64,000 nucleotides of DNA from Massalongia carnosa (taxonomy: Eukaryota): NCBI GenBank assembly GCA_965645245.1, contig OZ287069.1, forward strand, positions 2,480,001-2,544,000. The letters run 5' to 3'. The notes below the pieces were generated by a model. That model searched no databases. It was not told where the DNA came from and was given only the letters and a program-made list of their open reading frames with translations. Positions within the stretch are counted from its first letter, which is position 1. The number at the start of each line of letters is the position of its first letter. Positions 24,766-38,499 of this stretch are shown piece by piece. Position numbers and translations under genes: made by a program.

Positions 24766-27230
24766 CTCTATCAGTGTCAGCGGCGAATTTGGTGGGTCTG
24801 AAGAGCTTATTATGGGTGAAGCTTGCGTGCGACGAGATAATGATTCTGGCTTGTAAAAGTGGTTCTATTACGAAGTCAGTCCCTCTCTCTACATGCTCCG
24901 AAGATATTGTCTATGCCTTTTAGGTTTGCTGGAAATAAATGGCTTAAGACTACCTGTTCTTCTAGGAAATGACAAACTTAACCTTGGTGATTGCCACACC
25001 AGCTAAAAACCGGAAATTTGTTGACCTGGTATACTAAATTCTGGTCATGCTGCTTTCATTTAACGGAAAATAAGTCCCCCTTTGGTAGGGTGTTAGGGTA
25101 TATATATTTTTTCGAGAATCTACCCTTTTTTCTATCCCCTCTGCCGGGGTAAATCGATTATTTCTCCTATTTTCCAAAAAGGATCATACTTTTCGAAATA
25201 GTTGTGCATCATAGGTATAGAATCATCGAGACTGATCCCGTCTTACCTCTCTGTGGGCTAACAGAGGCAGCTGCCTCCGCCTCTATTCAGATGTCTTTTA
25301 AAGGAACCACCTTTGAGGTTACACCATTCTCTTGGTCTATTTGTTACCACTTATTTACTCCGGTCTTCTCTTCTTCACCATTGTCTATCGAACCTCAGAC
25401 TTCCAAAAGCACCCGGCCTGCGTTACTGCACTCATGGGCTTCTTTTTGGCGCCTCATTCCCGCAATTGTCATTGTAGTGGCGAATTATGTTCTTTAACCT
25501 TGCGAACCACTCTCAACTAAGAGATCACCTCTGGCGTAGGCACCAGCTATGTCTTAGTGTAGCTGTGTTATGGGGGATGCTTTTCGCCAGGCTGTGACAT
25601 CCTCTTTCCCTGAGCATTTGAATGTGGAAGCCGGGGTCGTTGATGTAAGGTATGTAAGTTCTTTAAGGAATTTACTGTGGGTTCGTTTCAATATCAGGTT
25701 GCGAAGGCTGGCGTTTTGAAGATAACTGATATAAATTTTGCGGATACTATCGCACAGCATCCGGACGGGTAAATCATTCACTACTTCGTCGTGCTCGTAT
25801 ATCTATATCTGTAATCAACGATTAGGCAGCTAAAATTTAAAGTGCTGAAAGGGGCAATTATGAATTTCTTGGCTTTCCGCGCAGGCATATCTTGATTCTT
25901 GGGCTTGGAATTACCCTCGATCCGCATTCTTCCCCGAAAAACCCAGGGGGCTTTGGGAGGAAATTTTCTACATAGATTTTATCTCGATCGTTTTAGAATT
26001 ACGTATCTTGCACATCTATCTATTATATGCAGCCATGACCAGGGTACGTTTCTTTGCCTACCTCCTTCTCAGCTCCAAGTGCTTGGAAAGAGGTTATCGG
26101 GGAATCTTCTCTAAGCAAGCCAAAATCGAATCTACCCACCCCACGTGTTGTTAATACCCAAAAGACTTCTCTGCTGCTGTACTAATAAGTTTTTCATCTC
26201 GAAATAATGTAGGACACATGTTGAGCCCGTCAGTTCTGGCGGATCAAGACCTTATGCCGAAAGAGCTTGAAGTATCCCTTTTCATGGGATTACAACCTGT
26301 TGTTTTTTTCGATTTTTTCTTTTTCTTTCTTCAAATTAGTCACCTAACATTATTAAATATATGGTAGGTCCCTCTAGGTAGAGAGAGGAGTCGTTCAAAA
26401 CAAAAAATTTAAGACGATAATTAGTCACAGCTAAAACTATCATTTCACTTTCTTCAACTCCTGTAGCCTTCTCCACCTATTAGCTTAGAGAGAGATCGTT
26501 GTCTTTCCCGAGAAGATAGGTCAATCGGCGATTCTCAACCTTTCGAGGTAGGAAATTAACTATTTGTGAGAAGAAATAATCTCATACCCCCTATCGTCTG
26601 GCCCCACCACCAAAAGGAACTGGGCATATTACCTCCCTATCTATGAAATACATGATAAGTCGAAACTTTCCGTCTCAAGTTTCACGTCCCGCAATCTTTT
26701 CTTTGCTTGATGGGCTTGCAAGTGTTTTGAGTCTGGTGACCAGTACTCTCAGCGCTGAAGCATTCCGTCCGCGTCAATCCCGACTCATCCACGGGTCCGT
26801 CGCAATTTATTTTCAAAAAAAAAGACGCCGACGAGGCGTTCTCCTTGATGTTCTAGCGGTAAGGCACGGCTTATCTTTGCTCGGACTTGATTAGCACAAC
26901 AAGTTACCTAGCGAACATAGGACCTGAAAATTCAAGCGAACCCGATTTCTTCGCGATTTGTTGCGAACGCAAATCATTCGCTCATGGAAGAGAAAACATA
27001 TCTTGTGATGCCGAAACCATCCCGTTGTGCGTTGATAAGTATGCCGAAGTGCTCCGGCTACCTATGTCGAGGACTGGGTATCTCAACTCACCAAGAGACG
27101 GGCAACAAAATGGGCTACAACGGGCGAATACAAGTATTGGCTCGGTTTCCACATTCCATTGAGGAAGCATTGGCAAGATATTGTAGAAACGGAAACGGTA
27201 TTCAATTCTTTCTTGTTCCAGATATCTGTC

Positions 27231-28045
27231 ATGTATTTTTCTTTAATCCTCTTAACCGCTATTCTAGGCGCCATAAATAGTTGTTCTCCTATTTCTGGGA
27301 GATGGCTGCTTGGAGATGGTCCTGGATCGAGCTCCTTGGATACTCTCCCGATCCCTTTGAATAGCCCTGGATTAAGTCCCTGGGACGATTTTGTTGCTTC
27401 CGCAGAAGGGATCGCCTCAGAACCTCCACTAAGCGATAGTACTTTCGCCGTCTCAGGGACTGGAAACATGGCTTCAATCAGTGACCTCGCGGTAGGATTT
27501 ACCCCGTCACACCAACAAAAAGATGAATTAAACGCTAGACTTTTATTAAAGGAACGAACACCTTTTGAGGTAACATGTCCCAAAAGCGAAGAAAAGCCCT
27601 TTTGCTGTTACAACGCTATGCGCGGTGAATGCATCAGTTGTAGGCAACATCCTCCCATCAAAAACAGGCATCTGAACACACAAGCTAATCCACCCACAAA
27701 GTCGACGGTAACATTCTTGATGAAAAATGCCAAATAGATCATGCCGATGAGTTTTCTTGCTGTGTCAAAATAGATGCCAGTGATGTTCGTTACAAGCAAG
27801 ACGTAAGTTTGGTTCACTTTTGGGAGGGTTCCCGTAGGTCGGAAAGACATAGGTGTTGGAGGAAACCATTGACTGAGAATTTTGTTTAGTTCCCGTTTTA
27901 TTGCGGAAATGATGTACCCGCGATACATCTGACCGCCCCTGAATGAGCAGAACATTTTCAGGAGACTGTATGTGGCACGGGGGAAGAGGGAGAAAAGCAT
28001 TGGTGCTGGCTGGAAACTTGAATCAAGACCCATCCAGGCAAGGAT
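27231..28045 (+). CDS. Small secreted Cys-rich protein with hydrophobin-like Cys pattern (spliced; 3' end uncertain)
   Basis: Signal peptide MYFSLILLTAILGAINS. Removing intron 27640-27701 (GTAGGC..GCTAAT..AAG) gives CPKSEEKPFCCYNAMRGECISFDGNILDEKCQIDHADEFSCC. Confidence 0.55.
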
Positions 28046-30103
28046 TGTATTGAGGTCAATAAGCTAGCACTTTACCGCTTTCAAGTCGTCTTCCACAATC
28101 CCAGAGCTCTCTCTGAGCATTCCCAGCATTTTCCACGCTGGATGGCATGGTTCAAGGCAATAGAAGATAGTCAGGTCACATGATTGCGCGTCCGACTACA
28201 GAAACCACGTATGGGGAAGGACTCTGTACTTTGTGATGACATTTGTCGCCTTATTGCGGTGAGGTCGATCGAAACGTTGACGGAAGGTAAAAAAACCGAC
28301 GATACTCGGTTGAATTCGTTCTCAACATCGACACCACCGTCAACCCCGAGTTGAGCATGTCAAAAGCTACACAGTGAACAGCTGGCCCTCGGTCCGCGCC
28401 GTACCCTCCTCTGACCCCCGATTCACCTCCCCTTGACACCCAGTGCTTCGAAGCAGAGCCCCACATCAACCGCGCTTCCAACAAGAACCCCCCACCCATC
28501 CTCCCTCCTCGGCCCATCAGCATCACCGTCCTCAGCGAATCCACCGAGGCATGGGACTTCTATTTCAATTAGGAGCTGTACGGGACAAGTATGATTACAA
28601 TTCCGCTACGTTTCAGGAGTCATATCTCCGTCTTGTGCTCCGTAACATGGGGAATGCAATTATCCTGAAACCTTATTCCGTCATCGCCGGAGTTTCCCTT
28701 ACATGCTCACTTGGAACAATATTCAACAACAAAGAGCAGCGAGGTCATCAAGGTAAGAGGAACGTATCGTCGTCATACGCTTGGTTACTGACCGAGGGTG
28801 AAATGATTTGCTCTGTACTCCGTGTTCGTCTTAATGCTTCCGGTACGGCATGCTTGACTGCAGTTGCATGGAATAAGCGGGCTTTGATGCCAAGGTAAAG
28901 TCGGAAAGCAACAAAACCAATGATATTGTCATAGGTGTTATTTCACCTTATCACGTTATAGGCCTTGAGCAAGAGACCAATCCAGGTTTCAGCACTAGGA
29001 CAACATTTGGCAACCAAAACCGAGGGTCTGTCTTTGATTGAGGCCCAATTCTCGCACTCGCTGGAACGTGGAGATCATGTACACTCAAAGTCAAATAAGA
29101 AGTTTGCCTCAAAGACAACAAGTAGTGGGGTTCTCGTTATGGGGAAAAAACGAAGAAACTAGCTAAGCCGCGGCTTCAAAACGACGGCTCTTTTCAGCGG
29201 AGTTAGGGACAGCGACATTGTGGCCGTCTGTCAAGATCTGAGCGATTCAAAGTGGTTTAAACAATATTTTTCCTCCTCAGGTGTTTGTATGGATCCAAAC
29301 ACCAAGTCATGATCATGATTTCCCATATCTATATCGAATTGCTCACGTTGGTGTTTCTGTAAGACGCCTCCGACTATCAAAGATGTCTCGATTTTCTTAA
29401 GATTTCCGTTGGAACTTTTTTCTAATAACAGATTACGTGAATTTGGACGACAATGTCTTTAGAGATTCCTCTTTTTACTTTCAAGATAGCAGGCGACTTC
29501 GAGGGAGGTTAAGAGATAAACAGAGACCCAAGGGTAGGATCATAAGAACTACTTGACCGTCTGCAATGAGCTGAAGTCCTTATGTTTGCACTATCATTCT
29601 ATAGGTATTCCAATATGTCATTAACGCGGTACTTTTAGTCAATATTAGAAGATTCGTTCTTCCTTTAGATGCGGCCCTATTTGTTGCAATACCAGGGTAG
29701 AAGGCTTCTTCTACAGCCTGCAGTATCCAATTTTTTTTGCTTATGTGATTATTCACTTGGAACTGCTCAACTTAAACGGAGCCATGAATTAAATGGCAGG
29801 CTTATAGAGTCTCATCTTTTTAAGAACTCTTTGGATATGCAGCCTTGTTCCGATATCTGGGAAATATCTGTCAATAAGGTAGTTAGCTTATATGGTAACT
29901 CCGCCTTATATTGCGAGTTTATGTAGGAGCCTTGCGCTGAATGGGTGGGTTCTGCATAAGAGAATTCCATATTCTCGAATCAGCGACGTACACATTGTGC
30001 TGGCTAGGTTCCCCTCTTCATGTGTGACATCTGAATGTTCTGATCGATTTCCAACTGTACGGAACCATCATTCTCGTAAGTTTGGAGCAGTAACCCACTA
30101 AAA

Positions 30104-31036
30104 ATGTCTTCCATGGAGCAGAAAAGAAACGTGTGTGAATTGTTTAAACAGACTATAGAAAGAAATGCCCATCAGGAAAGTGTCAAGATGGAGAAAGAAA
30201 AGGCCGCCGCCTATCAGCGAAGAAAAAGCGAGGTTCAAAATCTCTTCGATTCTCTCGACAACCTAAATTAGGTGTCAACTGATCAGGCGGAGCTGTTCTA
30301 TCGCTCTGCTCCTCGAAACCGTAGCAGAATGCGAAGAAGCGTACCGGAGCTTCCAGCAAGCCCTTTGCCTTGGCAGTCACATCTACCGGAAGCGCTGCCA
30401 AACCCACCGCCATCCGCGGTCGGTCTTTCAGTATCAAGAGTCAATGCGTCGCCTACCCAAAGTGACACTACGGCTATCTTGTAGCTGCAAAGTGCACTTG
30501 AAAGACACCAAGTCCACATTCAAAAACTTGAGCGAGACCTTGACCTTACCAAAGACGAGGTTATCAGCCTTCGTGCCGAACGCGAGACTGCCAAGAAAGC
30601 TTGTCTGCAGGCAGTCAAGGATGATGAGCAGAAAGAAATCGAAAGACTGAACAAAAAAGCCAAAAACCTAGAAGAACTGCTTCAGAAAGCATGGGATAAC
30701 GAGGCTGAACTCGAATCCAAAGTTCAGGAAGGAAGAACGAGAGAACGGGAGTTGACCCAGCAGCTGAATACTGCAAGTGACGAAGTGGCGGACATGGAGA
30801 CGGAGATGACGTCGCTACGACTCGTGCAAGAGACAACCTATTCCCAAGGATGCCACTGCCAGGTGAAGGAAGAGAACGAGTCTCTCGCCCTTTCGATCCG
30901 CGGGCCTCCTTCGACCGCAGCGACAGCCCCGAAGAAGGAGCTAGCATTTTCCAAAAGAAGAGAAGAGCCTCCTCCATTCATCCCATCAGCTTCGCATATT
31001 ATAAAGCGGGTGAAAAATTCCGCCTTGCGGTCTTAA
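30104..31036 (+). pseudogene. Coiled-coil protein frame interrupted by two in-frame TAG codons
   Basis: One frame from ATG 30104 to TAA 31036 with TAG at 30269-30271 and 30482-30484; E/K/Q-rich heptad-like sequence. Confidence 0.55.
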
Positions 31037-32465
31037 GGGACAGCATTGGCCATCATGTGCGGGAGTGGCTAATCTGTTGCTCATTTCATTGTCGTCATTT
31101 CCTAGTCGAAGCCATCTCCATTGCTTACCTCTTAAACATTACCCACAAGAAATATCTTCAAAATCTTACCATCCAACTTTCATCCCTATTCGAAACCCTC
31201 ATAGCTTGAAGACCAAGTTCAGCTAACTTCAAACCATGGCCTACTCCACTGTCACTATCAGCTCGAATCTCATCCCCTTCCGTAGCCAACAGACAATACC
31301 AGGTTAGTCCTACCGTCTATTGCTCGTCAATCACCCCAGCCATCCCTCTCTTCACAAACCAACCACACTTGCTTAACACTCATGCCGGGGGGAGGTGGGA
31401 GGAGCGAGTGAATGATGATGAGAAAAGAACGAAAGGGAAAAACAGGCAAGGAGAACTTTTGTGTGTATATGTGTGTGCTGTGGGAGGGGGCCGTTCCTTG
31501 TTTGCTTACCTACTTGCGTACTTACACCCGACAGCCCCGCCACAGCCTTAGAAAGGGGCGGGTTACTGTTTGGGAAGGATTTCTTCTCTCTCTTCTCTCT
31601 TTTTTTTTAAATATTACTTTTCTTTTCTATTCCAAAAAAAACAAAGTACAAACCAACGAGGGAGAGAGCAAGTGATTGACACCCCCCTAAAACGGAACAA
31701 TAACAACGTCAACACCAAGTTACGAGCTACTTAATAGCCACCCTTACATATAGAATACTACATACGCTTTCCACCTACCTACCTAGTCACAGATATAACC
31801 AGTCCCCAAGCCGATCTTTTGTCCTCACCCCCTTTTAGTTACATAACCCCCCAAACCGAAGCGGGTTCCGCGGTATTTGGTAGATCGATCTGTAAAGATA
31901 CGTATACTCTGTAAGATGCTTTTTCTGTATACATCATATCTACATGTCTATTTCTCATAATTGATACAATCTCGCCGCCTTGTGCCAAAAAAAAAAACTC
32001 ACCTACCAACGTAATCTACCTATTTGTATATCTTCTTTCTGTATATTTTCCTTCACCCCCGACTAAAAACAACGGAAAAGTTCGGGGCTGAAAGAGTGGA
32101 AAGAAAACGGGAAAGCCGGCTAACTAGCGGGATAGGGCAAAATAGGTAGGAGGGGGGAGGGGGAGGGAGGGATGGGAGGCTGAGCTGGCTGGGCTGGGCT
32201 GGGAAGAGGAGGGAAAGTTGAGAGGATGGAGGAGGAGAAATCGGGCATGGGAGTAATTATTCGCCACGTGAATAATTAAGATTCTATACCTATATCCTCT
32301 GCGGAAACAGTTGACTTTTAACGCCCGCTTATGGAATGCAGGGAAATAATCCCCCACAAACGCTGCAGAAAACAAAACTCTAAGCGTAGCCCGCCCAATC
32401 GCTGGAATACAATTTCGCCTGAGACAAACCCCATTTCTACGCCTCTGTTGTCCTCTTCCACCACT

Positions 32466-35400
32466 TTATCCCGTATTTGCAGCCTTCGACTGCACCCTCG
32501 ATGCCAATTCCGCCGGCGGCTCATCCAACACCTTTTGCTTCTTCGGCACGCGCGCCAACCAGTACAGGAACAGCGCCGCCACGATGTTGAACCCGATGAA
32601 GGCCCACAAGATGGCAAAGTTCCGCCAGCGGTGCGAGTAATGCGCACTCAGCGACGACAGCACGACGTTGGTGTCATACGCGGAGCAAAACTTGCAGTCG
32701 TCGGTAGCGTCGGTGGTGTTTTCGGTCAGGTAGCCGCCCAGGGCGTGGATGTAGGGACTCATGTACTCAGCACAGGTTTTCCCAGCAGAGGGGCTGAAGG
32801 TGGACAGTTCGATCGAAGAACAGACCACCCGGTTATTGGCGAGGCCTGTTGCGAGCATACCTTCGACGATGTAGGTAAAGGGGGAGACATAATACATGAA
32901 TATCCAGAAGCCTGGGAGGGCATTGGGACCAGCCAGGACACTTCGTAAAATGTTAGCTGAAAATTTGGACTTGAAGTTTCAAGATAGTAGAAAGGGAAAA
33001 TTACCCGCAAAATATCAGAGTTAACGAGAAGAGTAGCTGAGCTACGTTACCGGCTGTTTCCGCAGTCTCAATGCCAGCAACGACCATAGTGGAGAAAGTG
33101 GAGGTGAAAAGAAGAAAACACCAAGTGTATAAGAACATCAAGCCTCCTCGTTCGGTAACTTGATGCATTGGAATCGCATTTCGGTACATGCCAATTGGGT
33201 AGTACCAGGTGAAGAAGACGATGATCGCCATCAGCGTGTTCCATGGCAGCTCGACGGTGATATTGGCAAGCATGAAAACCTTCCACGAGTACGTTTTCGA
33301 TGGCCGTTCACGGACTTCGTACAACGCCCGCTGAGTTACAAAGTGCGGCAGTATTTGTTGCAAGAGACTCCCGAAAATCTGCCAACGTCTAGTTAGCGCA
33401 GTTCATGTGGAGACGTTGCCGCATTTTTCGATCCTAGATTACTTACGGTGTAAGGCGGAGTTAGTTAGAGTCTGAAGTTGGAAGCTTTGGGAGACTTATC
33501 ATGAGCATGAATATTGAGAAGAGCTGATTTTGGATGCCCTGAAGACTGGTCCCTGCATCCCAGAAGGAAAACCCTATGAACAACCCGGCAGCAAGGCAAA
33601 GGAACAGTTTCGAGTAAAGATAGGACGGTGTTCGCCAGTATTGTTCAAATACTCTCTTGGTGACTTCGAAAATCTGGATGGTCAAGGTTTCGGCAAACTC
33701 CCTCAGAGCGGTAGGATCGGTATCGACTGGCTGGTGGCGAAGTTCTTCCTTCATCTCAGCTAGCGTGACCTTAATAGCGGTTTTCTCGGGAGAGTCGCGC
33801 CACTTCTGCGGCCAGTCAATGGTATTTTGAGATCCTGGAGCAGCGCCGATAACATCCAGCATCCACTCGGCAGGGTTTTCTTCAACTCCGCAAGGCCTCG
33901 ATCCATTCCTCTCAAAGTAGCTCGTCAGGACTCGCGACTTGTATCCGATGTCGCCAAAATATACCGTCCTGCCCCCGCTTGCCAAGAAAAGCAATCGATC
34001 GAATTCTTGAAACAAGACTGCGGACGGCTGATGAATCGTGCATAAAATAGCCTGTCCATTATTTGATAGCTTGCGCAGCAATTTGACGATTGACCATGCA
34101 GTTTGACTGTCCAAGCCAGAGGTCGGCTCGTCAAGAAACAGAAGTAACGCAGGCTTGGCAGCAAGCTCGACTCCAATGGTGAGACGTTTACGCTGCTCGA
34201 CATTCAGGCCTTCTCCAGGAACTCCGATGACGGCATCTGCGTAAGCCTCCATCTCGAGGACCGCTAGGACTTCGTCAACGTATGCAAGCTTCTCCTTTTT
34301 GGGGGTCGTTTTTGACTGTCGCAACATGGCGCTAAAGTTAAGGGCTTCCCGTACAGTTGACGTCGCTAGATGGAGATCTTGCTGTTGTACGTAGCCAGTT
34401 TTGCGTTGGAAACCACTGTCGCGTTGTCGTCCATTAACTAGCATTTGGCCAGTAACAACGCCCATAGTGACCCGGCTTGCAAGAACGTCTAGCAAAGTGG
34501 TTTTCCCAGCGCCCGAAGCCCCCATCAGCTGATCAAAAGTAGAGCAAGTTAGGTCGCTGGCAAAAGGAGACGTATGTTGGAGACACTTACAGCTGTCAGA
34601 GTCCCTGGCTTTACCCAACCATCAACGTCGTCAAGTAATCTCCGGCCTTCTGATTTGATCTTGATGTCATAATTGACGCTATTCCAATGAAATATGGCAG
34701 TCTGCTTTTGGATACTCGGGGGTACATCCCCAGCCGTGATTGTCTTGGACACGACCAGGTCTTTTGAACCAGGGCGATCGATAGGGGCCTCTTCTTCGTC
34801 GGTTTTCTCGCTTCGCTCCGGAACAAGACCACGGCGGAAAAGCAAAACCTCTCCTTTCGAACGTTGAGCGGATATGTACTCCGTGGACACCAGGTAGACG
34901 GCGCAAAATGCAACTGTCATAGCAAAGAGAATAGCGAGATTTCTCCACAAATGTGAGTGATAATAACTGAAACTGATGTTGATATAGGCATCCCCGTCAA
35001 CAAAGTTGGCTCCGGGAGCAGCACCAACTGTGGTGCATACTCGTTGGTCTGGTGCAAGATCGGTGTATCCAGGTCCCGACGGCACAAAATTCGTGCAGGG
35101 GAATTGACGACCGGAAAACTCATTGATCATCAGGCTTTCAAAAGCGTATGCAACAGGATCAATGTAATTGATCCAGCGGAACCATGGATGCATGTCGCGT
35201 ATGGGTACCGTAAAACCGGTGTAAATAACCAGACCCAGGATAAGAACCGCTGCAGGAGCCATAGCTCCTGCAAGTGTACGCGACATGGCTCCAATGCTTC
35301 GGAAAAGCATCGACATGGCCAACACGCAGACAAAGGAGAAGAGATAAAAGGTGAAAAACGCTGATGGCGTTCTCCTTAGATTTGTCAGAAAGTATAGGGT

Positions 35401-37609
35401 AAGGTTGAACGATATGGACGTCAAGATCTTATTGGGTAGATCACATATCATGGAAGCTATTGCCTCGGAAAACGGATGATAGAAAGCGTATTTCGTATGC
35501 TTTTCCACAATCGATCGTTGAGCATACAAAGTCAAAATCTGGGCAATTTTAGTCAAAGTCCCTGAAAGCTTGAGTAAAGCGGATTGGCATACCTCGAGAA
35601 AGCTGCTGAAAGCGTTGAGCAGGATAGCAAAGAAAAGTAAGACACCTCGACTGTAGAAGCTTCCAGTATTCGAAGGGAGATTGTAAAAAATACTACCAAT
35701 AATCAAAGCCATGACTGTATTACCAATCATCCCGGACAACATGATACTCATGTCTCCACGAAGCCGCTGAAAGCCACGAGTCACGCAGAGTTTTACTTGC
35801 ATCGGAACGGAGATGGTATACGGGGATTGAAGCCGTCTGTCATTTCAGCGTTAGCATGTACTTAAGCTGATACAGAAACGCCGTGCGAACTTACTGTCTC
35901 CTTGCTTGTTGAGCTTTTCGGGACTGCTGAAAGTGCTGAAGGTGCTCGCCTCCTATTGGATATTCACGCTCGAAGGCTTCGATCTCGCGAAGTAAACGAG
36001 CTCGATCCTCACTCCGCTTCCACGCGTCGGCGAATTCATCGGGCGTTCGTGGAACGCGATTTTCAAAGCCTTCGCGGACGACACGTTCCGCTGGATTGGT
36101 CAACGAGGTGAGAAAGTCACCGGTAGTGGCACGTTCCGGGCACTCAAAGCCCATCTGGACAAAAAAGGCTTTAGCTTCGGTGGTAGGGCCGAAATATATT
36201 TGTCGTCCCTCATAAAGCACGACGACTTTGTCGAATATGTTGTATATGCTCTGAGAGGCTTGGTATATCGCTACGGCCGCGGTGGAACCCGCCATTGACG
36301 TTGAAAGCCTCAAGGTTCGTACAAATTCCTGAGCAGTGGCCGAGTCGAGGCCTCGGGTTGAATTGTCCCAGCATTGTAGTGGGCTACCTCCCAGGGCTGC
36401 TTCTGCAATACTGACACGTTTTCGCTCTCCTCCAGAAACTCCTCGTACGAAGTCGTTGCCCACCCTTGTGTTGTATGTGTGGGTTAGACCAAAGACAGCC
36501 ATGATAACATCTGTCATATGGCGTGCATACTGTTCCCGTGTGACCCCAGGGATACGATTTCGTGGAGCTCTGGCCTGCGCGGCGAAATTCAAAGTTTGTC
36601 CCACCGTCAATTGAGGAAAGTGAACATCGACCTCCGCTTGATACATGCACTTTCACGGACTTAGCCAGGGTAGGGCATGAGGAGCGAGACTACTCACTTC
36701 GCCCCTAAAATCTTTGTGCATCATTTCCATTCTGCTTAGATCAGCCAAGACCTATTGCTTGTTGTGATTTTAAAGTAACAGTACTTACGGAATACCTACA
36801 AAGACTTGTTAGCTGTGATCTAGATGAGTTGTGAGAGCTAATAGCATAGCCAATGTACCTTGGTAGTTGATATTGGAGCCCGAATCGATGTAGAAACCAT
36901 GGGTTTCCCCTGATATGGTCTTCAAAAGCGTCGAACAGCCGCTGCCTGGCTTCCCCAGCACCACCAGCATATCTCCACTCTTGATGAGACCTTCAAAATC
37001 ACGCAATATTTGGATCTTTGTCTTTCCTCGCCCCGTAAGCCTATTGAATAAGCCTACCACCTCTAGCACGATATTGGAAAATGTCCTATTAGATTTTAGA
37101 CTTTAGCGAATCTCCATCTCATCAATTCGGAGCAACACACTTTTGATAATCTGTCAGATTTCCGAACCCATGCACGTTGAGGTTGCGATATGACACTCCC
37201 GCCACTCGCTTTGGATATCGGTCGGGGTCGCGGGACTCCAGTCTAGCGAATGAATGAGCACTCTTCACTCCAGGTACGAATGAAGACCCAACCCTATTAG
37301 TGTTTTCGTCCACACATCGGGTCGGAATTTGCCTGACAGAGGGTCGAGGGCGGGGATATCAGAGCCATTGAAAGGATTGTGGTAGCTTCCGTCCACGGTT
37401 TTGATTGAATGCTGGGTGAATTGGCGCGCGAGATTGGTAACTTCCTGATCGGCGTGCGCTTTATCAAGAGCGCTTGCGGAGTCTATGGTGGAATCACCTG
37501 ACGGTGCGCCCGATGAAACTCGGGACTCGAACTTCTCGATTGCACGCGTTGCATCCTGTGCCACGGCCTCTGCTTGAGGAATGGCACTGAAGAGGCCCGC
37601 CGAAGCCAT
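32466..37609 (-). CDS. Full-length PDR-type (ABCG) multidrug ABC transporter
   Basis: NBD1 with degenerate Walker [23 protein letters not shown] and [13 protein letters not shown]1; NBD2 [31 protein letters not shown] and [12 protein letters not shown]2 [13 protein letters not shown]; many GT-AG introns. Confidence 0.96.
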
Positions 37610-37875
37610 TATCAAGGAGATGGACCAACGTTGCGGATTAAGTTTAAGTAACCGAAATGAAATGAGAGGCTGGAGCAGAGAAAAGTCCGAACAGGAGGAA
37701 AGAAGATGAAGAGGGAAAGGAAAAGTGAAGGGAAAGTGAATTGATTATGAGCTGACGTTGACCGCCATAAGTGTGACCATCAGCGACATCCTTCATATTA
37801 GCAAATTAGTCAGATCAACCCAATCGATTCGTTAACGGTAACTAACACTAAAGTAAATCCCGTCCACGGTTCTGC

Positions 37876-37893
37876 CGGGCTTATCAGAAGCCG
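37876..37893. promoter_or_regulatory. CGG-N12-CCG, candidate AtrR-type Zn2Cys6 response element
   Basis: CGG gcttatcagaag CCG about 270 bp upstream of the PDR transporter ATG. Confidence 0.5.
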
Positions 37894-38499
37894 GACCCCT
37901 TACCAACGTGCCTCCCATTAAGCCCTATCCTTAGGGATCCGGGCGATCCGTCCGAGCATGCCTTGAAAGTGGCGCTACTCGCTGAATGGAATGTTTCTGT
38001 ACTCCGTACGGAGTAAATACTATGTTCTCGGGGGTTTTTTGTTAGCACGGTACAAACACGGATAACAACGCGCTAATATTTTATGCAGAAGGATCAATTC
38101 TTAGAAACACACCATATATTTAATTGGTGGATAGATGTAAAATTGACTAAAAACGTTGCGTTATTACCACCTCTGTATGTAGCGCGCTAACAAAAAACCA
38201 ATTAGGGCGTTGTGGATTGAGAGTTCTATCACGTGATTATCCCAGCCTGCACCTCCCCTCACAGCAATCATCAAGGCATTTGTTCATCCTGACTCATACC
38301 ACTAATCACACACGTATCTAGATTGGAATGACTCATGTCCCGATTAGAGTAGGGCTTTTGACTGATTAAGGTCTTTCCTGCAATCGAAACGTTGTCTGAC
38401 AGAAAAGATGACTCAACACATGCCGGATCCCCAAACCCCGCCCCGATGATAAAGGCGATGCACAAAGTAATGAATGCATGATGCAAACCCGTCGGATGG

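Noticed and set aside
25554..26400. Possible BTB/POZ gene remnant on the minus strand (DPPE..LHYF-like fragments)
   Set aside because: Too degenerate to support without a homology search.
28251..28898. GC-rich patch with short overlapping ORFs, possible gene fragment
   Set aside because: No recognisable motif or consistent gene model.
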